Shown in pieces: positions 17,835 through 25,612 of a stretch of 25,612 nt of DNA. The DNA comes from Opitutales bacterium (GTDB lineage Bacteria > Verrucomicrobiota > Verrucomicrobiia > Opitutales > JABSRG01), in the NCBI GenBank assembly GCA_049599475.1, contig JBMYOQ010000061.1, positions 1 through 25,612 on the forward strand, given 5' to 3'. The notes beneath the pieces were generated by a model. The model was given only the letters and a program-made list of their open reading frames with translations, was not told the DNA's origin and did not search any database. The translations under genes and the position numbers were made by a program. Position 1 is the stretch's first letter. Every line of letters starts with the position of its first letter.

Positions 17835-19003
17835 ATCAATGACTCGATTAATTCTTTTCCAAATACAGACGTAAAAAAAGTCAAAACAGCCGCAAGGGCT
17901 AACGACATCATTAGTGTCGCAAATATTTCAATACTCAAAAGTAACCGTATGGACACTTTAGAAATCCCGATACGCTCCATAGTTTCAAACTCCCGTTTAC
18001 GGAGCCTAAATGAGAGCTGAAATACCAGAAAAGCAGTCACCACCACAGCACCGCCAACGAGCAAAACGCCGGCAAAGATATAATCTCGCGCGGTTAATAC
18101 TGTATCCATCAGCGAAGCGATCACTCGATCTGGATGGAGGACTTGCATGCGTTCATCTGGGCTTTGATAGCGCCCTTCAAGGAGCACTTCCGACTTCGAA
18201 TCTCGCGGAATCGCGATGAGACCGGTGATTGGAAAGGTGTCTGGATCTCCATGAAAGTGAAAACTATCGCGATTGGCATCTGTAATTTCTTGATACAAGC
18301 GCACCGAAGCATTGCCCACGACAGGTCCAGAATTTTCCTCCCCGTGCGAGGCTGTCGTTCCAGCCTCTAGGTCATCATGACCGTGGGCTAGGCCTGAGAT
18401 CACCCAAACAGTCTTCAAGTCAGTAAATACCGCCAAGTCATCTGAGCTTCCAGTGGCTTCGAGAACCCCGACGATCGTCATCTTCAGAGGATAAACTCCC
18501 GCAAAATCAAAAAGGCCTTCCGGAGACGAAATGATCGAGTCTCCGGCCTCCAGACTCAAAGCCTCCGCCACCGAAGCACCGATCACACATTCTCCGAGCT
18601 GCGCCAACATGCGCCCCTCCTTCAGCCCTAGGTTTCGAAATTCGAAATAATCAAAACTCGTCCCTACGATGGGATAATCATTGGAACGAAAACGCGTATT
18701 CAAGGGAATGACCGTGGCGAATTCAGTATCCAAAGCACGCTCCAGCTCATGATACGGAAATGCCTCAGGGGTCCCCGAAGAAAAATGCATGGCATTCAAG
18801 ACCAATTCCAAGGGGCTTCCCTTGGCTCCTATAATCAATGGAGTGGATTCCGCCCGCTCAGTCAGCAGTGCAGAACTCTGGCTCACGAGAACTTGAAGTC
18901 CCGCCGGGATGAAGGCAATAAGCCCCATGGAGCACACTAGAATTAGAGTCGTGATGCGGTTAAAGGAAAGATACCGCATTGCTATGTAAGCAAGCTGTCT
19001 CAT
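17828..19003 (-). CDS. ABC transporter permease, FtsX/MacB-like (Zrg-type)
   Basis: One N-terminal TM, a large periplasmic domain (IIGAKGSPLELVL, PIVGT..YF, GR......E.VIGA.VA, IVGVL..TG...D..VF), C-terminal TMs and the R.RE...M..IG motif. Confidence 0.88.
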   Translation of the reverse strand: MRQLAYIAMRYLSFNRITTLILVCSMGLIAFIPAGLQVLVSQSSALLTERAESTPLIIGAKGSPLELVLNAMHFSSGTPEAFPYHELERALDTEFATVIPLNTRFRSNDYPIVGTSFDYFEFRNLGLKEGRMLAQLGECVIGASVAEALSLEAGDSIISSPEGLFDFAGVYPLKMTIVGVLEATGSSDDLAVFTDLKTVWVISGLAHGHDDLEAGTTASHGEENSGPVVGNASVRLYQEITDANRDSFHFHGDPDTFPITGLIAIPRDSKSEVLLEGRYQSPDERMQVLHPDRVIASLMDTVLTARDYIFAGVLLVGGAVVVTAFLVFQLSFRLRKREFETMERIGISKVSIRLLLSIEIFATLMMSLALAAVLTFFTSVFGKELIESLIW

Positions 19004-19012
19004 CCCATTTCC

Positions 19013-19666
19013 CTAGCGAATATCCTTAAAATCGAGTGTGCGCTCAAAGTATTTGAGCAAATCATATTCGTGGGTCGCACAAATAAATGTGGCCCCCGTC
19101 TCCTCTAAGTATCCGAGTATGATTTCGAATACTTTTTCTGAATTCCCTGGGTCGAGATTCGCCGTGGGTTCATCAGCGATAAGGATTTTAGGTCGCGGCA
19201 AAATCGCTCGGCAAATCGAGACACGCTGTCGCTCCCCTTGCGAGAGGGTCTGAACATTGCGATTTAATTTATCTCCCAAGCCAGTCAGCTCTGCGAGAAG
19301 GCAAGCCCGACTCTTTACTTCGGAATCAAGCTGCAATGCGGAGCTCATCCGGTACGACAAAAGAATATTGTCCTGCACAATGAGATAGTCGAGCAGCTCA
19401 AACGACTGGAAAGCCATCCCAATATTTTGAATACGAAAATCACGGCGTTTACTTTCCGAAAGCTCCGAGACCTGGACGCCGTCTACCTCAACAACGCCCT
19501 GCGTGGGCACGATAGCACCCGACATCATATTCAGCAAAGTCGTCTTTCCGGCCCCACTCTTTCCCACGATAGCCATACGTTCACCTGCCGATACCTTCAG
19601 GTGCTTCATCTTGAGTTCAAACCCTGAATCCGGGTAACGATGGCAGATATCACTCAGGGTAATCAT
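19013..19666 (-). CDS. ABC transporter ATP-binding protein (LolD/MacB-like)
   Basis: Walker A GKSGAGKT, Q-loop FQ, signature LSQGERQRV, Walker B ILIADEPT and H-loop ATH. ATG 19666 overlaps the upstream stop (ATGA). Confidence 0.95.
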   Translation of the reverse strand: MITLSDICHRYPDSGFELKMKHLKVSAGERMAIVGKSGAGKTTLLNMMSGAIVPTQGVVEVDGVQVSELSESKRRDFRIQNIGMAFQSFELLDYLIVQDNILLSYRMSSALQLDSEVKSRACLLAELTGLGDKLNRNVQTLSQGERQRVSICRAILPRPKILIADEPTANLDPGNSEKVFEIILGYLEETGATFICATHEYDLLKYFERTLDFKDIR

Positions 19667-20730
19667 TTCAGCCTCCGCTCCTCCAATAGCTCGATTTTTG
19701 AAAACTTCCAAAAGCCATCTTCAGGAGCCAAGCCAAGCCGAGCGCGATAAAAATTCTGTCGTTGGTGGGTATGGCCAAAATGAGTCACCGCCCCCGAGAC
19801 CAACCACTCCGCTGCCATCTCGAATCCCTTCCCCTCTTTCCGGAAAGACTCAACAGGCTCCACATCAATATTTAAAATATCGACACTCGGGCCACCGCGA
19901 TTCGCGGCCTCCATAATCCGGCGCTGTTCAAGGAAAACCACCGATAGTTGCTGTTCGCCGACACTCGTCGCTAGTTTTTCATATACATCATCTTCGTGTA
20001 CGTATTCGAAGGATCCATACACATTCTCAATTAACTTTTTAATGATTAATGGCACCTGAGATTCATCCAGCTTGGGCGACCCCAGCCAATTTGTTTCAGC
20101 CAAAATTGATTGGACTTTCGGCAGATCAAAAACGACCCCGTCGTTGCCCCAGTCCATCGAGAGCACATATTCTGAGAATTCGAGCTCCTGCTCCTTGTCA
20201 GGCTGAGACAAGGTGCACGGGATAAGCGGTATGCCTTCCGGCATCCCTTTCCAAGCCATTTGGAAAAAATCGGGGAGCTCCTTATGCTCAAAGCTCATCA
20301 AGACTCCAAGCACCGCAGTGTCTAAAGGCTCGTCTTTGACTTCTGTACGGACAACCGAGTTTTCATCCCCGATTCGAAGAAAATTTGAACTCACCAAATC
20401 CGCGGTCTTAGGAAAGCTGTCTAAGAGGATGGAAAATGTCTCACTGAAATACTGTTCTGCCGCTTCAAAGAGAGACGCTTGCTCGCTCACTTGGATCGTG
20501 TCTGGAGCTTGCAGAGAATAATCGAGGACTCTCAGCAAGTCTTCGCATTCCGCCATAAATTCCACGCGTATTTCAAAGGGCTTAACAGTGACAAACTGCA
20601 TGATCGGAGCAGTCATCGCGAAATCCTGATTACGTATCGTTTGCGAGATCGAAGCCTGGGCCTTCAAATCGCTCAGAAGCACGAATATGCATCCGCTCGT
20701 AACAATGATAGCTTTCAAGAAATGAATCAT
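19663..20730 (-). CDS. Exported hypothetical protein with C-terminal HFGHTH motif
   Basis: Signal peptide (…LKA|Q), acidic composition, and W.VSG.VTHFGHTHQRQN near the C-terminus. Stop overlaps the ATPase start. Confidence 0.85.
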   Translation of the reverse strand: MIHFLKAIIVTSGCIFVLLSDLKAQASISQTIRNQDFAMTAPIMQFVTVKPFEIRVEFMAECEDLLRVLDYSLQAPDTIQVSEQASLFEAAEQYFSETFSILLDSFPKTADLVSSNFLRIGDENSVVRTEVKDEPLDTAVLGVLMSFEHKELPDFFQMAWKGMPEGIPLIPCTLSQPDKEQELEFSEYVLSMDWGNDGVVFDLPKVQSILAETNWLGSPKLDESQVPLIIKKLIENVYGSFEYVHEDDVYEKLATSVGEQQLSVVFLEQRRIMEAANRGGPSVDILNIDVEPVESFRKEGKGFEMAAEWLVSGAVTHFGHTHQRQNFYRARLGLAPEDGFWKFSKIELLEERRLK

Positions 20731-20740
20731 GACTAAGCCG

Positions 20741-21592
20741 TCACCTGATTACGGTTAAGTTATCTTTCAAGCGACTGATCGACGCCTCGATGTGCGCTTT
20801 GCGTTCGATAACACGATTTTTCCCGTATTTAGATTCTTCGGACACATCCAGCATTGAGAGAACGGATTCATATTCCTCAATAGCCAATTCATAGCGACCT
20901 GCTTTCTCTAAATATTCCGCACGCTTCATCGAAAAAGTCACACGTTCTCCAAAGCGCTCAATCAAAGCATCAATATGACCCAAGGCTGCATCATACCGCC
21001 CCAACTCCATTTCTAAGCGCGAACACATGTGGTGGAGTTCGCTAAGATTGCCGAGTTTTTCGATCGCTTGATTTAGGAGACTCACTGCATGTTCCTTGTC
21101 ACCTGGCTCATCACGACCAAGTAAAATGCGCGCAATAAACACGTAGCCGCGCTGACTACCGCTCATGTCATATTTTAAACTTTCCTTAAAAGCCTCAACC
21201 GAATCGTCGACGCGCTCCATTTGCATAAAAAGCTGCCCGCGTATCTGCCATTGAAAGAAATTCTCCGGGTAAGCTTCAATACCCCCATCACTCATTTTTA
21301 AGGCGTCTTCAAAGAGCTCTTTCCGCATGCCTAAAGACACCCACAGATAGACCGCATCCGAGCTCGGAGGAGATTCTAATTCGGCTACTTGGATAAGTAT
21401 TTCCTCAGACTCATCCAAACGCTTCTCCAACTGCAGCAAATGAGCCTTGTCCAAAAGCAGCGAGGTATTCTCAGGATCTTTCTCCAAATCTATTTCAAGC
21501 TGCGCCAGAGTCTGGGTCGGCGTCACATGAGCCAAGACCTGACATTCAAGCCAGATAAAAAGTAGAATAAATACAGTGAGTCTTAAACGCAT
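20741..21592 (-). CDS. Exported tetratricopeptide-repeat protein
   Basis: Signal peptide ending VLA|H. Repeated helical TPR-like units (P.N..LLL.KA.L, YP.N...W..RG.L, LGRYDAAL, AGRYELAI..YE..L). Confidence 0.85.
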   Translation of the reverse strand: MRLRLTVFILLFIWLECQVLAHVTPTQTLAQLEIDLEKDPENTSLLLDKAHLLQLEKRLDESEEILIQVAELESPPSSDAVYLWVSLGMRKELFEDALKMSDGGIEAYPENFFQWQIRGQLFMQMERVDDSVEAFKESLKYDMSGSQRGYVFIARILLGRDEPGDKEHAVSLLNQAIEKLGNLSELHHMCSRLEMELGRYDAALGHIDALIERFGERVTFSMKRAEYLEKAGRYELAIEEYESVLSMLDVSEESKYGKNRVIERKAHIEASISRLKDNLTVIR

Positions 21593-21872
21593 TTGGGGAC
21601 AGAAGGCCGATCAAGGGGATGCTTATTATAGTAACCGAATCAAGGCGATTCGTCATGTCCCAGAATGCCATTGAGCTGGATATTCTGGAATGAGCACCAC
21701 GATACCAGCGAATGGTGCCCCCAAGCGAATACCTAGGCCCTCTCCAAATGTGTCCATTCCAGATACTCAATTGGCAGTCAAATGCATGCCACGCGTGGCC
21801 CTCTTTGCTAGGATAGTAACGTAGAAAACCCCTTGCATCTCACACGATAAAGAACCCTTGAAATCACTCCCT

Positions 21873-24800
21873 ATGCAAAACATTAAGCGCCTCGCTGGAG
21901 TCGTCGGTCTTTGCCTCGTTCATTCGGCAACTCTTGCTGAAAAACCGGCAATGGAGCGCACCGATCCAGCGTCAATCGACCTCACAGAGCCGACTCTATT
22001 CGTGGTCCCGTACACTCACCTGGACGACATCTGGCGCTGGGACTATCCCACCGCGATCGAGTATTTCTTACCCAGAACGCTCGACGAAAATTTCGACGCC
22101 TTCGAGGAGTATCCTAATTTTAAGTTCAACTGGACGGGTGCCGCTCGCTACGAGCAGATGAAGGAATATTATCCTGAAAAATACGAAGAGCTCAAAGAAT
22201 GGGTCGCAGCAGGCCGCTGGTATCCCAACGGCAATGCATGGGTCGAAGCCGATGTAAATGTATCCTCCGCCGAGTCTATCATGCGCCAAGTTCTCGCGGG
22301 CCATAAATATTTCAAAGATGAGTTCGGCATCGAGACAGTGGATTTCATGATCCCCGACTGTTTCGGTTTCCCCTACTCGCTGCCATCTATTTTGAACCAC
22401 ACAGGTCTGCGCGCCTTCTCTACCCAGAAACTCACCTGGGAGTCGGCAAACGGGATCCCTTTCGATGTCGGTCGCTGGGTCGGCCCAGATGGCAATTGGG
22501 TAATTGCGGCGCTTAACGCAGGAAACTACGCAGGGGAACACCCTGAAAATTACGCGACTAATGAGAAGATGATCGAACGCCTCAAAAAGAACGAGGAAGA
22601 GATCGGATTCCCTATCCACTATATCTACGTGGGCGGGGGTGATCGCAACAACGCCGACCGCGGTGGAACCATTCGCAAAACGTCCCTCGAAATGATCGAG
22701 CGGAGTGTCGGAACAGATGGCCCTATCAACGTTCTCGTCGACGAGGCAGATTTGATGTTCCGCGCAATCAGCGACGCGCAAGCGATGAAGATGCCTGAGT
22801 GGAATAGCGACCTCCTACTCATCAAGCACTCGACAGGTGTGCTCACCTCACAGACCTACACCAAACAGCTCAACCACCAGAGCGAACTGCTGATCAATGC
22901 AGCCGAGAGCGCAGCCGTATCTGCGGCCTATCTGGGCGATGTCGCCTACCCGAAGGGTCAGCTCGATACCGCCTGGAAACTGGTTCTCCGAAATCAATTC
23001 CACGACATCCTTCCTGGCACCAGTATTCCCGCCGCACAAGCACGCACTTGGAACGATGGCATCATCGCCCTCAATGAGATTTCAGGTGTCTACAAGGACG
23101 CAATTGGCTCGATCGCCCCGACCCTCAAGACCGACCTCGAAGGCGTGCCTCTCGTCGTTTACAACGCGCTTTCCATGGACCGCAATGATGTGGTCGAAGC
23201 CATGATCCCTGAGAGCCTAAAAGGTGCCCATGCTCTCACAGCATATGATGCTACAGGTAAAGCGATTCCCACTCAGATGACCACTGGCTGGGACGGCAAG
23301 CCGCGCGTCTTGTTTCAGGCAAAAGTGCCTTCGGTCGGTGCCGCCGTTTACTACTTGCGCGAGGGCGTGCCGCCGATGCCCGCAAAGAGTGAGCTTAAGA
23401 TTAAAAAGCAAACTTTGGAAAACAGCCGTTACCTCGTAAAGGTCGACGACAACGGGGATATCGCCTCTGTCTTCGACAAGAAGGTCGACAAGGAACTCCT
23501 CGAGAAACCCGCGCAGCTAGAGTTCATTCCCAATTTCCCAGACAGGAAGCCCGCATGGCGTATTTATCCCGATGATATCGCAGAACCGGCACGCAGCGTA
23601 GCCGCCTACCCGATCCACATCAAGGTGGTGGAAGACGGCCCAGTTCGTATCGCAATCGAAGTGCTACGTTACAACGAAAACTCCAAGATTGCTCAACGCA
23701 TTCGCCTCTATCCTGGCTCTGATAGCGACCGCGTCGAAGTCGCCAATCATATCGACTGGAGCAGCCGCGGAGCCCTGCTAAAAGCGGCCTTCCATTTCAC
23801 GGCATCCAACCCTGAAGCCACCTACAACTTGGAGCTCGGCACCATCAAGCGTGGCAACCGTACAGACTCACAATACGAAGTGCCCAACCACGGCTGGGTC
23901 AACCTCACCGACAAATCAGGCAGCCACGGAACCAGCATCTTCACTGGACCCAAATACGGTAGCGATAAGCCAGATGACAACACCTTGCGTATCACTCTCA
24001 TGCACTCTCCGGACACCGAAGCCTGGGAAGATGAAACACGCGACAATGGCCGCACGAAAGAAATGCGCTGGCAAGACTGGGGACGCCACGAATTCAATTA
24101 CGCAATCGCTGGACACCCAGGCGAATGGCAAGAGGGCGAACCCTCCATGGAAGCTCTTCGCTTTGAGCACCGCCTTGCTGCCTTCGAGGTGCCGAACTAC
24201 AACGCTAGCGACAAAACTGAGTTCTCCCTCCTCAAGACCAGCGATTCCCAAGTCAACATTCAGGCAATCAAGCTCGCCGAGAACGGTTCCGGCGTAATCG
24301 TCCGCCTTCAGGAGCTCGATGGTAAGCCAATCGAGGGCCTCACGGTCTCAAGCATACTCCCATTCAAAAAGGCAGAAGAGACAGACGGCATTGAGCGCCC
24401 ACTCGGTATTTCAGTCCCTGTTAAGGATCAAAGCATCAGCCTGGACTTCACCCCATACGAAGTGAAGACTGTGCTCCTGCACCTCCCTGAGACCAAGAAA
24501 GGCGGGCTCACCACACCGGTCGAATTCGCATACGATACCGACATCTACAGCTACAATTCGAACCGCGAAGATGGCTATTTCAATTGGGCCATCGTCCGCG
24601 GTCGTATGGACAAGACCGGGGGAGCTTCAGGCAGCTTCGACGGTAAGGGCGGCACATTCCCAGCCGAGATGATCGGCGATGAAGTCGTCGTCGGCAACGT
24701 GCGTTACCAGATTGGCCCTCGCGACGAATTCCAGGTAAACGCAGCAGCCGCTCGCGGCCAATCCATCGATCTTCCTAAAGGCACACGCGTCGTACACATT

Positions 24801-25262
24801 CTCGCGGCAGCGGAGGAAGATACAGACGTCGTCTTCGAAGCGGGCGGAGCCAAAATCCCTGTCACCATCGGTGGCTGGTCGGGCAACATCGGACTCTGGG
24901 ACAACCGCGTCTTCGAAGGTGAAGTCGCTGAGATTTCTTATTCGATCCGCAACGACCTGCTTCGCATCGATCCCGCGTACGTCCGCAACGATCAACGCGT
25001 AGCCTGGTATGCGTCGCACCGTCACCTGCCTTATGAAGACACCCTCTACGAATACGGATACTTGTTCTCCTACCGCCTAGAGGTCCCTGAAGGCACGCAG
25101 ACGTTGACCTTGCCCGACTCACCTTTCGTCCGAATCGCCGCGATCAGCGTAGGTGACGAACAGACAGCGACCGCCCTACACTCCCCCTTCGAAGATCTTC
25201 ACCGAGACGAGCTCTTCGAATCGCGCTTCGGCGACCTCTACACTCCCGAAGTGAACGATTGA
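21873..25262 (+). CDS. Secreted GH38 alpha-mannosidase-like glycoside hydrolase with C-terminal accessory domain
   Basis: Signal peptide (…ATLA|E), Zn-ligand HLD..W.W, nucleophile motif PDCFG, QKLTW, W.GPDG, NQFHDILPGTS and KYG. ATG 21873 is preferred over TTG 21858. Confidence 0.93.
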   Translation: MQNIKRLAGVVGLCLVHSATLAEKPAMERTDPASIDLTEPTLFVVPYTHLDDIWRWDYPTAIEYFLPRTLDENFDAFEEYPNFKFNWTGAARYEQMKEYYPEKYEELKEWVAAGRWYPNGNAWVEADVNVSSAESIMRQVLAGHKYFKDEFGIETVDFMIPDCFGFPYSLPSILNHTGLRAFSTQKLTWESANGIPFDVGRWVGPDGNWVIAALNAGNYAGEHPENYATNEKMIERLKKNEEEIGFPIHYIYVGGGDRNNADRGGTIRKTSLEMIERSVGTDGPINVLVDEADLMFRAISDAQAMKMPEWNSDLLLIKHSTGVLTSQTYTKQLNHQSELLINAAESAAVSAAYLGDVAYPKGQLDTAWKLVLRNQFHDILPGTSIPAAQARTWNDGIIALNEISGVYKDAIGSIAPTLKTDLEGVPLVVYNALSMDRNDVVEAMIPESLKGAHALTAYDATGKAIPTQMTTGWDGKPRVLFQAKVPSVGAAVYYLREGVPPMPAKSELKIKKQTLENSRYLVKVDDNGDIASVFDKKVDKELLEKPAQLEFIPNFPDRKPAWRIYPDDIAEPARSVAAYPIHIKVVEDGPVRIAIEVLRYNENSKIAQRIRLYPGSDSDRVEVANHIDWSSRGALLKAAFHFTASNPEATYNLELGTIKRGNRTDSQYEVPNHGWVNLTDKSGSHGTSIFTGPKYGSDKPDDNTLRITLMHSPDTEAWEDETRDNGRTKEMRWQDWGRHEFNYAIAGHPGEWQEGEPSMEALRFEHRLAAFEVPNYNASDKTEFSLLKTSDSQVNIQAIKLAENGSGVIVRLQELDGKPIEGLTVSSILPFKKAEETDGIERPLGISVPVKDQSISLDFTPYEVKTVLLHLPETKKGGLTTPVEFAYDTDIYSYNSNREDGYFNWAIVRGRMDKTGGASGSFDGKGGTFPAEMIGDEVVVGNVRYQIGPRDEFQVNAAAARGQSIDLPKGTRVVHILAAAEEDTDVVFEAGGAKIPVTIGGWSGNIGLWDNRVFEGEVAEISYSIRNDLLRIDPAYVRNDQRVAWYASHRHLPYEDTLYEYGYLFSYRLEVPEGTQTLTLPDSPFVRIAAISVGDEQTATALHSPFEDLHRDELFESRFGDLYTPEVND

Positions 25263-25323
25263 TCGCCTAGTCCGAAATCGTTTCGGCCAAAAATCACCTT
25301 TGCATACAGTAGATTGAGATTCG

Positions 25324-25361
25324 ATACCCCCGCAGAGTTCGCTCAGCGGGGGTATTATTTT
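25324..25361 (+). terminator. Intrinsic terminator after the GH38 gene
   Basis: ATACCCCCGC-A-GAG-TTCG-CTC-A-GCGGGGGTAT followed by TATTTT. Confidence 0.75.
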
Positions 25362-25488
25362 GGAGGAGTATTCACTGAACGGATATGCCAAAAGATATTT
25401 GTTGTAGCCGCCCCACTCAGTTGGGGCGCCAGCGCTAAAGCATGCTCGAAAGCGCTGGGGGTGTCTCAACAGTCAGGATAAGCCTTTA

Positions 25489-25584
25489 GGTAGCACCCCC
25501 GGTCACCGAACGGGCATAACTCGGCCTTGGTCGCTTTGGTTGCTCGGTCTAACGCGCTCATGCCGGCTCGGTGATCCGGCGCTT
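25489..25584. repeat. REP-doublet (REPIN)-like inverted repeat
   Basis: The left arm is GGTAG-CACCC-CCGGTCACCGAACGGGCAT. The right arm ATGCCGGCTCGGTGATCCGG-CGCT is its imperfect reverse complement and is itself a hairpin (GCCGG..TC-GGT-GA..CCGGC). Spacer about 42 nt. Confidence 0.5.
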
Positions 25585-25612
25585 GTAGGATATGCCCCTA
25601 TGAGAAACCAGC

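Noticed and set aside
19667..19711. Longer start for the ABC ATPase
   Set aside because: It lies inside the upstream gene. The ATGA overlap at 19663-19666 gives a typical N-terminus.
21546..21770. 74-aa ORF upstream of the TPR gene as a leader peptide or sixth gene
   Set aside because: TTG start, no family features, no His/Cys-rich sensing pattern, and it overlaps the TPR gene.
21628..21820. ATAGTAAC direct repeat as a target-site duplication
   Set aside because: A single 8-mer repeat in ~270 nt is plausible by chance, and there are no terminal inverted repeats.
22068..22781. 237-aa antisense ORF, and other antisense ORFs within GH38, leuB, ribD and the oxidoreductase
   Set aside because: Shadow ORFs opposite well-supported genes, explained by codon bias; no recognisable motifs.
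25263..25612. CRISPR array, tRNA or small CDS (25176-25469) at the window end
   Set aside because: No regularly spaced direct repeats and no cloverleaf or T-loop consensus. The ORF crosses the terminator and overlaps GH38 antisense.

Overview
Bacterial chromosomal window with 19 supportable protein-coding genes and no recognisable rRNA, tRNA, CRISPR array, integrase or transposase. The likely source is Verrucomicrobiota (Opitutales-like). This is an inference from the giant PilX/GspK-like protein, the Tat-exported Gfo/Idh/MocA enzyme and the scarcity of Shine-Dalgarno sites. The first ~6.3 kb is housekeeping: a minus-strand run MBL-fold hydrolase-ribD-hemC-cobA/hemD-trpF, then divergent leuB with a terminator. 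The remainder looks accessory. It holds a DMT transporter/XRE-cupin regulator pair, a Tat-exported Gfo/Idh/MocA oxidoreductase, a two-gene unit (1319-aa prepilin-like PilX/GspK protein plus a 234-aa exported partner), a DASS/SLC13 symporter and an exported ORFan. After these come a five-gene His-motif-rich ABC operon, a secreted GH38 alpha-mannosidase and a cluster of REP-like palindromes. Two candidates stand out as poorly described systems. (1) The operon at 16938-21592 combines a MacB/FtsX-type permease with a ZnuA-fold lipoprotein that appears to have lost two canonical metal-binding His residues, plus two unknown exported proteins. (2) The orphan giant pseudopilin cassette at 9476-14136.
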